Shown here: positions 25,300-37,070 of the stretch, one piece after another
Numbering within the stretch: the stretch's first letter is position 1
Layout: each line of letters begins with the position of its first letter
NCBI RefSeq assembly: GCF_964188315.1
Contig: NC_135658.1
Span: 11,036,001-11,100,000 of the forward strand
Origin: Podarcis muralis
Lineage: Eukaryota
Length of the DNA stretch: 64,000 nucleotides
Reading direction: 5' to 3'
Program-made: the position numbers and the translations under genes
Notes under the pieces: generated by a model
The model's input: the letters and a program-made list of their open reading frames with translations, nothing else
Database searches by the model: none
Told to the model about the DNA's origin: nothing

Positions 25300-25726
25300 T
25301 ACACAGGGGAAGTTCCTAACTCACCGAGGGTTTGAGACCCTCACCTGGTTGAGCCAGAATTATGGGAGCTGGAGTCTGAAAACATCTGTAGGGCCACACA
25401 TTTCAGGCTCGCCTAGGTATACTGATGAATATAAGATGCTCACCATCCTCTTTAAATTGAATGCTTTTAAGGGGGGTGGGAACAACCCCAAAACTAACAC
25501 CACTGAATAAGATTAAGGGAGTTACATCGTGCAATTGATTTTTCTTCTCTTTACAATTAGGTATGCATCAGTGCTATTTCTCTGGAAAAAGAGGTGCCAG
25601 AACTCACCATGAACTTCTCCCTTCTTCTCTTATAATGGCAATGGTCGCCACCTGAATTCCGGTGAGTTCCGGCTGAAAAAAATCCCTGGTAAGCACATAT
25701 ATAAGGTCCACTGGACATTTGAATAC

Positions 25727-26279
25727 TTTATTTTTTATAACACACACATATGTACACACACACAAACACAGGTTTCAGCCTAACTTCTAAATAGTACAAA
25801 CAGAACAGTGTGTGAATTAATGAAACAAAATGAGGCGCTACTCAGAATAAGTCTTTTTATTGACAGTGAGCCCATCAGCTCAAATTTCACTTACGTACAA
25901 AACAATAAAATTAAGTTTACCTTTACGGAAGTGGATTGCAAGTATTAGTCATCAGAGACAATGCAATCAGTAGGACATGAGTAGATTTCAAAATACATAA
26001 ACATCCTCTTTGAATCATATAGGGCCATATATATGTTTGGCATTTAGTTTACTTTGTAAGATTTATAAGCCACTCAATCATCAAACCCTCTAAGCGGGTT
26101 ACATAAAATATTAAATATGCATTAAAATAATTTAAGCTTCCCTCCCACTCTATAAACCCTATCAATTCAGTATTTTCCGTATCACAGAGCTCGTTGCACC
26201 AGAAAGTCCTCTGGAAGAACATACAGCAAGACATGTCCGCTTCGTGAATTTGGACTCTGGGAGACAGTGCCAGCATAAC
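25727..26279 (-). other. Probable non-coding exon 2 (3'UTR) of THRSP-1
   Basis: GTAAGA donor at 27878, 28 nt after the stop; ttccacag acceptor at 26280; weak similarity to exon 2 of THRSP-2/3; AATAAA candidates at 25856-25861 and 25727-25732. Confidence 0.55.
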
Positions 26280-26855
26280 CTGTGGAATTAATTGGAAAGT
26301 AATTCTGAATGCTTTCTCATCAGAATGCCTTATCACTGTATTGGACTACTGCAATGCGCTCTATGTGAGGCTACCTTTGAAGGTGACCCGGAAACCACAA
26401 CTACCCCAGAATGTGGCAGCTAGACTGGTGACTGGGTGTAGCTGCTATTACACCGGTCCTGAAAGACCTATGTTGGCTCCCAGTACATTTCCGAGCACAA
26501 TTCAAAGTGTTGGTGCTGACCTTGAAAGCCCTAAACGGCCTCAGTCCAGTAGACCTGAAGGAGCGACTCCACCCCCATTGTTCAGCCCGGACACTGAGGT
26601 CCAGCTCCGAGGGCCTTCTGGTGGTTCCCTCCCTGCAAGAACTGAGGTTAAAGGGAACCAGGCAGAGGGCCTTCTCAGTAGTTGTGCCCTGTGGAACGCC
26701 CTCCCACCAGATGTCAAGGAAATAAACAACTACCTGACTTTTAGAAGACATCTGAAGGCAGCCCTGTTTAGGGAAGCTTTTAATGTTTGATCTTTTATTG
26801 TGTTTTTAACATCCTGTTGGGAGCTGCCCAGAGTGGTATAAATGGGCAGTGTACA

Positions 26856-26900
<45 letters not shown>

Positions 26901-27906
26901 TGTTATTATTATTATTATTCAATCTCCTTTTATAAAACAGCAAATCTAAACACAATGCTCTTTCTATACCCTTTGAACAATTTCCCTTGGAACTAACTGC
27001 ACTTAGACTAATTGCAATTGCACTTGGAACTAATTAGGGTTGCCATATGCCTGGGAAAACCCCGGACATGTCCTCTTTTGTGGGGGCCAACATGCCCCTT
27101 CAGGCGGATTTTTACATTTTAAAGGAAATGTCTGGGTCAGCAGGGGTGGGGTTCAGACTCGGGCTGCTCTGCATGCTGCAGCCGCTGCCATCCTGAGCTG
27201 GGGAAATAGGTATGCTGGCACAGTTTGGCTGTCCTCTTTTTTGCTCTTCAAAATATGGCAACCCTAAACTGGGCATTAAGACATTTTTGCACCTAGAAGC
27301 CCCAAGTGGAATCATATATCCATCTAATCCATCTAATTCCTGCTAATCTCAGCTAATGCCTCCATGAGAGGTGGCCATCCAAACTCTGCTTAAAAACCTC
27401 CAAGGAAGATAAAGGTAAAGGGACCATTAGGTCCAGTCGTGGCTGACTCTGGGGTTGCAGCGCTCATCTCGCTTTATTGGCCAAGGGAACCGGCGTACAG
27501 CTTCCGGGTCATGTGGCCAGCATGACTAAGCCGCTTCTGGCGAACCAGAGCAGCGCAAGGAAATGCCATTTACCTTCCCACCAGAGCGGTACCTATTTAT
27601 CTACTTGCACATGACATGCTTTTGGACTGCTAGGTTGGCAGGAGCAGGGACTGAGCAACGGGAGCTCACCCCGTCGTGGGGATTCGAACCGCTGACCTTC
27701 TGATCGGCAAGTCCTAGGCTCTGTGGTTTAACCCACAGCGCCACTCGCATCCCTCCAAGGAAGATAGGTTCACCTAAACAAAAATGTTTTAAGCAGGCAC
27801 CAAAAAGAGTACCGCAAACCTGCCTACCTGGTGCCAGTAGGCTGGGAATTCCCATTTGAGCAACGGAGGACCTCTTACCTTTGCTCTTTGCACCATGCAT
27901 TTGTCA

Positions 27907-28296
27907 TCAGCAGAGATGAATTTCGCCCTGGTTAATCTGCCCCATAATTTCATTGTATTTGGAGGTGACGGCATTGGCTCTCCTTGTCAGCTGTGCGAGG
28001 ACACGATACAAGCTGGACACGTGGTAATAGAAATAGCCTTCAGGGTTCTGCTTCTCTTTCTCTTCCTGTTCTTTCAGACGGCTGGCGACATCAGGGTTCT
28101 GGTTACTGAGAGGCAACAGGCCACCTTCCACCACCAGCTTGATGGATTTCAGCAGCGTGTAATAATCATACAGATCTTTGCCGCCCGAGTCAGCCTCAGG
28201 CGTGTTGTCCTGCCATTCCAAGGGGACGCCCTGGAGAACGCTGGGGAACATCACCGTTTGCTCCATCTTGCGGACTGCAGAGAAGTAATCTTCCAT
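27907..28296 (-). CDS. THRSP: THRSP-1, thyroid hormone responsive Spot14 protein, 129 aa (MEDYFSAVRKMEQTVMFPS...)
   Basis: Spot14 family motifs (MEQxVMFPS, DLY..Y.LLK, QLTRRA..VT.KY); Kozak accATGG at 28296; the ORF-track 5' extension overlaps the promoter. Confidence 0.95.
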   Translation of the reverse strand: MEDYFSAVRKMEQTVMFPSVLQGVPLEWQDNTPEADSGGKDLYDYYTLLKSIKLVVEGGLLPLSNQNPDVASRLKEQEEKEKQNPEGYFYYHVSSLYRVLAQLTRRANAVTSKYNEIMGQINQGEIHLC

Positions 28297-28766
28297 GGTT
28301 GCGAGAGGAGAGACTTCTTTGAGCCTAAAACCTCGGGGGATCTCAGGACCGTTAGATGTGAGCGTTCCTTGCTTCCAGTTGGTGTGGCAATTTATGAGCA
28401 AGCCTGGGTGGAAACCAGCCGTGGAACGTGTGATCAGGAAGAGGTCCATTGGAGCGGTGGACAACACCCCTCTGTCCTCAGCCAATCACATTTCTCCTCC
28501 TCTGGCATCTCATCAGTTGTCTCCTATGTGGTTAGCAATGTGACTTTATTTACAGGTTGGAATGAACCCAAATTAGAGGTGGACTGATTGACCCCAGTTG
28601 AAGCCAGGACTTGCTGATCAATAACTGACAAGTCATGATGTGCAGAGTGGAAAACACCAGGCCAAATCAAGCAATATTTATTCCCAGGGTTTCAGAATCA
28701 CTGGAGGACAAAAAAACAGGCTTGCAATAACTACATGGAGAGCCATTGCTACTCCTGAAGGCAGAG

Positions 28767-29396
28767 TGTGCTGGGCCCGGGGTAACCCGTGAAACGCGGT
28801 CCAGGACCGGTCCAGAATCCGAAGGTTCTGCTAGGAGTCAGTCCAACAGGCCCGAGGCAGGACATGAGGCAGGAAACCAGGCAAGGACAGGTACAGGATC
28901 TCAGGCAGGATCTAGCATACAGCAATGTTGCTCCTGCAACCTGGGGCGGGGTCCGACAGCCTTTTATCTTTGTCAGGGTAGCGGCCGGGCCTGATCCCCC
29001 AGCGACTCACCTCCCTGTTTTGCCCGGAGGCGAGCACTCCTCCTGCGAGTACTCAGGTCTCTCCTTCTCTCAGACCTGAGTCTCTGCAGCTCGGGAGACG
29101 TCGGTGGGTTACTAGACCCAGGGGCCGCCTCAGCCTCCCCTGACCCAACCGGTAGTGGAGCAGCTGTAAGTGATGGCCCAGCTGGAGGCAACGAGGTCAT
29201 CCCCGCATCTGGAGCCAGGGCAGGTTCAGGCCCCTGACTCGACCCAGCTGATGTTTGTTGCAGGGGAACATGTGCAGACTGGGACTCTTCAGGATCAGCC
29301 CCCAGACTTGGTTCAGATGATGCCTGAGGCAAAGGATCCGGTGCGGACTGAGACTCCTCTGGTTCCGAGTCCAAGCCCAAGTCCCAGGCCATCACA
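28767..29396. mobile_element. Solo LTR (630 bp)
   Basis: TGTG...CACA termini; 5-bp TSD CAGAG (28762-28766 and 29397-29401). Confidence 0.8.
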
Positions 29397-29818
29397 CAGA
29401 GAAGTATTGAATGCTCTTAATGCAGGCATCCCCAAACTCGGCCCGCCAGATGTTTTGGAAGTCCAACTCCCACCATCCCTAGCTAACAGGACCAGTGGTC
29501 AGGGATGATGGGAACTGTAGTCCCAAAACATCTGGAGGGCCGAGTTTGGGGATGCCTGGCTTAACCCATGCTTGATCTTTCACCAATTCATAGAACCTTA
29601 GAGTTGGAAGGGGCCCTGGGGGTCATGTAGTCCAACCCCTGCAATGCAGGAATCTCAGCTAAAGCATCCACGACAAATGGCCATCCAACCTCTGTTTAAA
29701 AACCTCCAAGGAAGGACAGTCCACCACCTCTTGTGAAACAGCTCCCCTGTTCCACTGCTGAACAGCTCTTACTGTCAGAAAGTTTTTCTCCTTTCTTGCA
29801 GCTTGAAACCATTGGTTC

Positions 29819-30429
29819 TATCATGGTTTGGTTCACAGGCGATCAAAGTCCCGGCAGGGGACGTCAGGACCGGGGGCAAGATGGCGGGGTGAGAGCAGGA
29901 ACGGGGGTCCAGAAGCCAGGAGTCGAGAAGCCAAGAATCCGAGGGTCAGAGAACTGGGAGTCAAGAAGCCAAGGGTCCGAGGGTCAGGAAGCAAGGGGTC
30001 ATGAAGTCAGGGGTCCGAGGGTCAGGAAGCAAGGAGACACGAAATCAGGGGTCCAAGGATCAAGAAGCAAGGAGTGAAGAAGTTAAGGGTCTGAGGATCA
30101 AGAAGCAAGGAGTCACGAAGTCAGGGGTCCAAGGATCAAGAAGCAAGGAGTCAAGAAGTCAAGGGTCTGAGGATCAAGAAGCCGAGGTTCAAGGATCAGG
30201 AAGCAAGACGCCAAACGCAGCAAGGCAGGGAACGTGTTGCTGTGGCAAAGAGCAGAAGGGGAATGCTGACCTTATATCCCTTCCTGGCTCTTGCCACCAG
30301 GTGCAGTGAGTTACCAAGTGGCCTCACCTGTGTGGCCGCGCCTTGCCTCTCCAGAACAAACTTAGGAAGGCCCCAGTCCTGCAAAGTCCTATTGGTCACA
30401 GGGCCTGGCTCCTGCACGCACACCTGACA
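29819..30429. mobile_element. Solo LTR (611 bp) with an internal minisatellite, inserted in a CR1 fragment
   Basis: T(A)TCATGG...CCTGACA termini; 5-bp TSD GGTTC (29814-29818 and 30430-30434); the CR1 sequence is continuous across the site. Confidence 0.75.
29905..30225. repeat. Minisatellite (about 38-bp unit, CAAGAAGCAAGGAGTCACGAAGTCAGGGGTCCGAGGAT-like)
   Basis: Visible tandem array inside solo LTR 29819-30429. Confidence 0.85.
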
Positions 30430-30519
30430 GGTTCGAATCCTACCCTCCAGAACGGGAGAAAACAAGCTTGCTCCCTCCTCCATGTGACAGCCCTTCAGAT
30501 ATTTGAAAATGGCTACCCT

Positions 30520-31100
30520 AGCTCTGCAGATGGTGACAGCAGTCACAAAATTAAAAGATGCCTGCTTCTTAGGAGAAAAGCAATGACAAACCTAGAAAGC
30601 ATCTTAAAAAGCAGAAACATCACCTTGCCAACAAAGGTCTGTATAGTTAAAGCTATGGTTTTTCCAGTAGTGATGTACGGAAGTGAGAGCTGGACCATCA
30701 AGAAGGCTGATTGCCGAAGAATTGATGCTTTTGGATTATGGTGCTGGAGGAGACTCTTGAGAGTCCCATGGACTGCAAGAAGATCAAACCTATCCATTCT
30801 TAAGGAAATCAGCACTGAGTGTTCACTGGAAGGACAGATCCTGAAGCTGAGGCTCCAAGACTTTGGCCACCTCATGAGAAGAGAAGACGCCCTGGAAAAG
30901 ACCCTGATGTTGGGAAAGATGGAGGGCACAAGGAGAAGGGGATGACAGAGGACAAGATGGTTGGACAGTGTTCTCGAAGCTACCAGCATGAGTTTGACCA
31001 AACTGCGGGAGGCAGTGGAAGACAGGAGTGCCTGGCGTGCTCTGTTCCATGGGGTCACGAAGAGTCAGACACGACTAAATGACTAAACAACAACAACATC
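30520..31100 (+). mobile_element. RTE-BovB LINE 3' fragment
   Basis: ITLPTKVCIVKAMVFPVVMYGSESWTIKKAD...; (CAA)n tail; other copies at 36010-36460 (+), 54645-55050 (-), 56330-56690 (+). Confidence 0.9.
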
Positions 31101-33342
31101 CTATCTCCTCTCAGTCTCCTCTTTTCCAGGCTAAACATACCCAGCTCTTTCAAGTGCTCCTTAGAAGCAGTGCTGTAGGATAGCCACCTCTGAATATCAG
31201 CATACCAGTTTCTACCTCCTCTCTTTCAAAAGACTGTGATTATTATTTTTTAAAGTTGTGCAATGGGAAGGAAGGGAATAGAGAACACCGTTGCATGCTA
31301 GCTTGAAAACATGCCCACATTGTTATGTGCAAAAGTGCACTGGGAGATAAAGGACCCCTGTTTATTTCAAATGATATGTGTGCGCACAGCCTAAATCGGT
31401 GGTGAGAGGGCGATCTGGCTGCGACATCTGTCACCCCATTGATCGCCAGGGTTCATCTGGCTATGCCATAGTCAATGGGCATAGCCCACGAAGCAGAGGA
31501 GCCTTCAGTGAGAGCATATTGGGGCATTGCACAGTGCTTATTGTTCAAACAGGGGTGTTACAAGCTATTTCCATCTGTGAAATGTTGGAAGGGGCAGGGA
31601 CAACTACATGGCCAAGGCAGCAATCCTAGAATCAGGGACTTGAGCAGTGCCAGATTTACATATGAACTAAAGAAGGTATAGCTTAGGGTCCCACTCTCTT
31701 GGGGGGCCCGAAAAAAATTAAAGAAAAAAAAGCACTGGATGTACATTTCCAAAATATAAGATAAAAAACAAATAAAATAAAACCTACATACAGCAACAGT
31801 GTTTTGTATTGTGTAGGCTCCTATGATGTAAGTAATGGCCTGCTAGCCTGCTAGCCCGCTCCCTCAAATATCACTGGTTTGCTCATTTCTATATATAGGG
31901 TGCCTACATTCTGCATGTGCAAATGGCTTTAGATAGCTATTAGGTCCATAAATTACCATATAGCATATATTCACCACAAAAAACAGTGACAATTTGTTGT
32001 TGACAAAGGGCAGCTGGACATATAAAGGGCCCCATTACTTTCAGTAGCATAGGGCCTCATCAAACCTAAATCCAGCCCTGGACGTGAGTCCCGAACAGGG
32101 ACAGACTCAACAAAAATCTTGGTTTGATGTTACGGGAAGGTATACTAACATTTCTGGAAGACACACAGCTCTGTGGTATCACATGTGTTTTCCATGCAGG
32201 AGGTTCCAGGATTGATGCCCAGTACAGTGGTACCTCAGGTTACAGACACTTCAGGTTACAGACTCCGCTAACCCATAATAGTACCTCGGGTTAAGAACTT
32301 TGCTTCAGGATGAGACCAGAAATCGTGCTCCGGCGGCGCAGCAGCAGCAGGAGGCCCCATTAGCTAAAGTGGTGCTTCAGGTTAAGAACAGTTTCAGGTT
32401 AAGAACGGACCTCTGGAATGAATTAAGTACTTAACCCGAGGTATCACGGTATCTCCAGGCAGGGCTGGGAAGAACTCCCTGTCTGAAATCCTGGAGAGCC
32501 CCTTGGCAAAAACCCTCTTGGGGACCTTTCCTGACAGGCAAGGAGCAGTCCTCCTGTGAGGCAGCCATTTTGATTTATGCCCCTAACATGAAGTTGCTCC
32601 ATGGAAAATTAAAAGGGCTGCCTCTAACTTAGGGCCCATTCACTCTTTGCTTGTTCTGGGATTTTTTTAGTCACGGGTCGTCTGAGAGGTTTTTGTCCCT
32701 TCACTTAAGCAGGGAAATCCCATTTGATGCTTGTTCCAATTCAGCAGTAAACATCAGATTTTCCCAGTAAAAACGGCAGAGGGGGGAAAAAATCTCTCAG
32801 ACCCATGACTAGAAACCAGGTAGGGTTCAATATTTCAAAAAGTAAAAATCTGGACACAAAAGCTTTCTCTTTTTTTGACAAAGTTGGCGAGCTTTTTTTT
32901 GGTTTCCCATTGGCCAAAGTTGTTGAGTTTTATTGGCAAATCCTTTTTTAAAAAAAAGTTTTTGAGCTATTTTTTTTAGGAAATTTGCCAAAAATTACCC
33001 CACTTCCGATACAGGCTTCCATACGCCTGGATTTTCCAGGACATCTTAAAAGATTTCTGAAAATTGCGCCCGGACGCTGTTTTCAGTGGAAATTGTGGAT
33101 GTACCCTTAATCACACAGCAACACACACACAAAAAGGCTGAATTGTGGGCAGGGTACTGATGCCCTTCATTTCCTTACAGGAGCCATGTGGTGGCACAGA
33201 GCTTATCTCCAGTGAATATGATTTCAGATAGCAAGCATAATAGGCAAAGACTCCGGATGAGAGCCATTACCTGTCAGGGTAGTTGACAAATACAGGACTA
33301 GATGAAACAGTGGTCTAGGCAGCTTCAAACAATGCAAAATGC

Positions 33343-33697
33343 TTTATTAGTCTGAACTAAAAGCAATATTTAAACACCAGAAAGCAATGGAAACCCAAGG
33401 CATACGTTTGCAATGGAGTTTATAGATATCAGTTTTGTCCATAAATACCATACAGATAGCCATTTTGTTCACAAATATAATATAGATAGGAATTATGTTC
33501 ACAAATATAATATAGATAGGAATTACGTTCACAAATATCAGTGCTTGGCTTATTCAAGTAAAGTCCATGCTACACAACGTTGTGGGGTAGATGCTGCAGT
33601 CAAGGTCTCTAGATTGTCCATTGAGAGCCTTCGTTGCGCAGCCTCAGACAGAGGACCCAAGTTGTACACATGTGCAGGTACAGAAATTCAGGTTGTC
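33343..33697 (-). other. Non-coding exon 2 (3'UTR) of THRSP-2
   Basis: ttttacag acceptor at 33698, AATAAA at 33343-33348; mirrored in THRSP-3. Confidence 0.7.
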
Positions 33698-34399
33698 CTG
33701 TAAAACGGAAAATGGAAAAGGTGTTAACATGGTGGGTTGTGTCTTAATTTAAACCAAGGGTCCCTGTGACTCAGCCCTAGAACTTTACTGATAGCCAACA
33801 TGGGGTTCTCCTGATTTTATTGGGGTACTACAACTCCCATATTCCAGTCAAGTTGACCAATGGTCAGGAATGATGGGAGTTCTAGTCCGGCAACATTGGA
33901 AAGGCACCACGTTAGCTTAGCTTTCCACTTAATAAATAGCCTGAATCCCCAAACTAAGGCCTGAAATATGAATGAAGTAATATAAGATTACCCTCACCAC
34001 CGAAAGATGGACCTGCCATGTCAGAAAATGGCATTCCGTAGCCCAGCCTGTGTTGACCTGGTGGCTACAACTTCCCTCATCCACAGCCAACAATGGCCAC
34101 CAAATTAACCAGGAAGGAAGGAAGAGTTTGCAAGCCTATTTTTAAAAGCTCTTTGACTCTGTTAACAGGCAGTGCCGCAACAGGAGACTACAGTACGGTG
34201 GTGCAAAATCACCTTTTATCACATCCACTTCTATTGGCTGATGGTGGCAATGTGGAAAGTTTAAAAGCGTGGATGCATACAAACATGGAAGGAACGCAGA
34301 ATGTTTGATGCAGGAAACCAGCTGATAGAGCCTTCCACAAGCTGTGCCCACCAGATGTTTTTGACCACGGTTCCCATAGTCATGTTGGCTGCGCTTTAA

Positions 34400-34752
34400 A
34401 AAGGTAAAGAGACCCCTGATCGTTAGGTCCAGTCATGGCCCACTCTGGGGTTGTGGCACTCATCTCGCTTTGTTGGCTGAAGGGGGCCGGCGTACAGCTT
34501 CCAGGTCATGTGGCCAGCAGGACTAAGCCGCTTCTGGCAAACCAGAGCAGCGCACGGAAACACCGTTTACCTTCCCTCCGGAGCGGTACCTATTTATCAA
34601 CTTGCACTTCACGTGCTTTCGAACTGCTAGGTTGGCAGGAGCTGGGACCGAACAACGGGAGCTCACCCCGTTGCGGGGATTCAAACCATCAACCTTCTGA
34701 TCAGCAAGCCCAAGAGGCTCTGTGGTTTAACCCACAGCGCCACCCGCGTCCC
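34400..34752 (-). mobile_element. Sauria SINE in the THRSP-2 intron (orthologous to 49052-49400 in THRSP-3)
   Basis: Same insertion point in both arms; shared diagnostic tail aacgatcaggggtctcttt. Confidence 0.9.
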
Positions 34753-34835
34753 ATTGGCTGGGCTTAGGGGAGAACAATAGGTGGGAGAAGGCCGAGTGAG
34801 CCGATAACTCACCTTTGGTGTCCTTGGCGTGTGTC

Positions 34836-35231
34836 TCACCAGCGGAGAGAGATTTCGTTCTGGTTGATCTGCCCCATGATTTCATTATATTTCGAAGTCA
34901 CGGCGTTGGCCCTCCTTGTCAGCTGGGTGAGGACGCGGTGCAAGCCAGACACGTGGTAATGGAAGAGATCTTCCAGATCAGCCTTCTCTTTGCTCTCCTC
35001 TTCCTTGAGGCTGGGATTCTGGAAGTCAAGAGGTGCTAAGCCACCCTCTGCCCTCCCCTTGATGGCTTTTAGCAGAGTGTAATCTTCATACAGGTCTCTC
35101 TCGCTGGAGTCTCCGTTGCTCGAGTTGGTCTCAAATGTTTCAGCCTGGTCTTCCAAGGAGACTCCAAGGAGGAGGCTGGGAAACATCACCGTTTGCTCCA
35201 TCTTGCGGACGGCAGAGACGTATCTTTCCAT
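34836..35231 (-). CDS. THRSP: THRSP-2, 131 aa (MERYVSAVRKMEQTVMFPSLL...)
   Basis: Spot14 motifs; gccATGG Kozak; TATATAAA at 35346-35353; GTGAGT donor 23 nt after the stop. Confidence 0.95.
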   Translation of the reverse strand: MERYVSAVRKMEQTVMFPSLLLGVSLEDQAETFETNSSNGDSSERDLYEDYTLLKAIKGRAEGGLAPLDFQNPSLKEEESKEKADLEDLFHYHVSGLHRVLTQLTRRANAVTSKYNEIMGQINQNEISLRW

Positions 35232-36422
35232 GGCGATGGGTCGAGAGGGAGTCTCCGGATCTGAATTTGACTTCTTTTTCAGGGTCCCAATCTGCGCTGT
35301 GCAGGAAAGGTGAGCTGTGTTAGGTTTCAGCCTTGCTGGTGGCAATTTATATAGCAATCTTGGTCACTTCCAGAAAGCCTGAGTGGGATAGTTCCATGCC
35401 AGTTCCGGACCCTCCTTTCCCAGGGAGCCAATCCCAGCTTCCCGTGAATTGCAAGAATTTGGCAGTGACTCGTCTGTGGGTTGCAATGTGATTTTATTTA
35501 CAGTCTGGATTCTTTCCCAAACTCTTTTGCCCATATCAGCGACTTGGCATAAAGTTGGACGCTTGCGTGTTCGGGTTGCCTCCCACCCCCATAATGAAAG
35601 AGAGAGAGACCTAAATTAAGTAATCACCAAGACTGGTACTAAATTAAACAGTTTTTGGCAAGCCACACTGCTGGCAAACCACAGAAAGACTGCCTTGGAT
35701 GGTATTGCATAATTTGCACTCAGTTTGTGATAGCTGGGTCCTGCCACCATCTTGCTGTGGGGCACGTGAAGCAGAGATCTTGCAGACTGTCTTCAAACCA
35801 CAGGGCCGGAAAAAGATGTTTGGCAAGCAACCTAAGTCTGGGAATCCACGTCCGGTCTGAACATCTATACAGGGTCAAGGGCTGGGCACGAGTCTTTAGC
35901 CCAGTCTCCTCTCTGTTTAGACTTCTAATTTCAGGGACTTGGGCAGAGGTCTGTCTTGCCACCCGCAACATGAAGATGCCAGATGGAAGTAATATTTAGT
36001 GGCTAACCCCAGCAGTGATGTATGGAACTGAGAGCTGGACCATAAAGAAGGCTGATCGCCGAAGAATTGATGCCTTTGAATTCTGGTGCTGGAGGAGACT
36101 CTTGAGAGTCCCATGGACTGTAAGAACAAACCGATCCATCCTGAAGGAAATCAGCCCTGAGTGCTCACTGGCAGGACAGATCCTGAAGCTGAGGCTCCAA
36201 TACTTTGGCCACCTCATGAGAAGAGAAGGCTCCCTGGAAAAGACCCTGATGTTGGGAAAGATGGGCACAAGGAGAAGGGGACGACAGAGGACGAGATGGT
36301 TGGACATTGTTCTCAAAGCTACCAGCATGAGTTTGACCAAACTGCGGGAGGCAGTGGAAGACAGGAGTGCCTGGCGTGCTCTGGTCCATGGGGTCACGAA
36401 GAGTTGGACACGACTAAATGAC

Positions 36423-36466
<44 letters not shown>

Positions 36467-37070
36467 TTATTATTTGTACCCCACCCATCTGGCTGGGTTT
36501 CCCCAGCCACTCCGGGCACCTTCCAACAAAGATTAAAAATACATCAAAATGTCATACATTAAAAACTTCCCTGAACAGGGCTGCCTTCAGATGTCTTCTA
36601 AATGTCAGGTAGTTCTTTATCTCCTTGACATCTGATGGGAGGGCGTTCCACAGGGTGGGAGCCAGTGTGGTGTAGTGGTTAAGAGCAGTAGTCTCGTAAT
36701 CTGGGGAACCGGGTTCGCGTCTCCGCTCCTCCACATGCAGCTGCTGGGTGACCTTGGGCCAGTCACACTTCTTTGAAGTCTCTCAGCCCCACTCACCTCA
36801 CAGAGTGTTTGTTGTGGGGGAGGAAGGGAAAGGAGAATGTTAGCCGCTTTGAGACTCCTGAAGGGGAGTGAAAGGCGGGATATCAAATCCAAACTCTTCT
36901 TCTTGAGAGCCAGTGTGGTGTAGTGGTTAAGAGCGGTGGACTCGTAATCTGGGGAACCAGGTTCGCTTCCCCGCTCCTCCACATGCAGCTGCTGGGTGAC
37001 CTTGGGCCAGTCACACTTCTCTGAAGTCTCTCAGCCCCACTCACCTCACAGAGTGTTTGTTGTGGGGGAG

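Larger units (their letters stand above)
31320..35550 (-). repeat. Left arm of the inverted segmental duplication (contains THRSP-2)
   Basis: Reverse-complement homology to 48255-51420 traced by eye through unique sequence. Confidence 0.85.

Noticed and set aside
29905-30225. CRISPR-like array
   Set aside because: Eukaryotic context, no unique spacers, degenerate tandem units.
33347-34351. Short ORFs shared by both duplication arms
   Set aside because: They lie in the THRSP intron or 3'UTR; the apparent conservation only reflects the duplication.
35232-35357. 42-aa N-terminal extension of THRSP-2/3 in the ORF track
   Set aside because: It begins at a non-ATG codon overlapping the TATA box, upstream of the expected TSS; the downstream ATG has a strong Kozak context and matches known THRSP starts.
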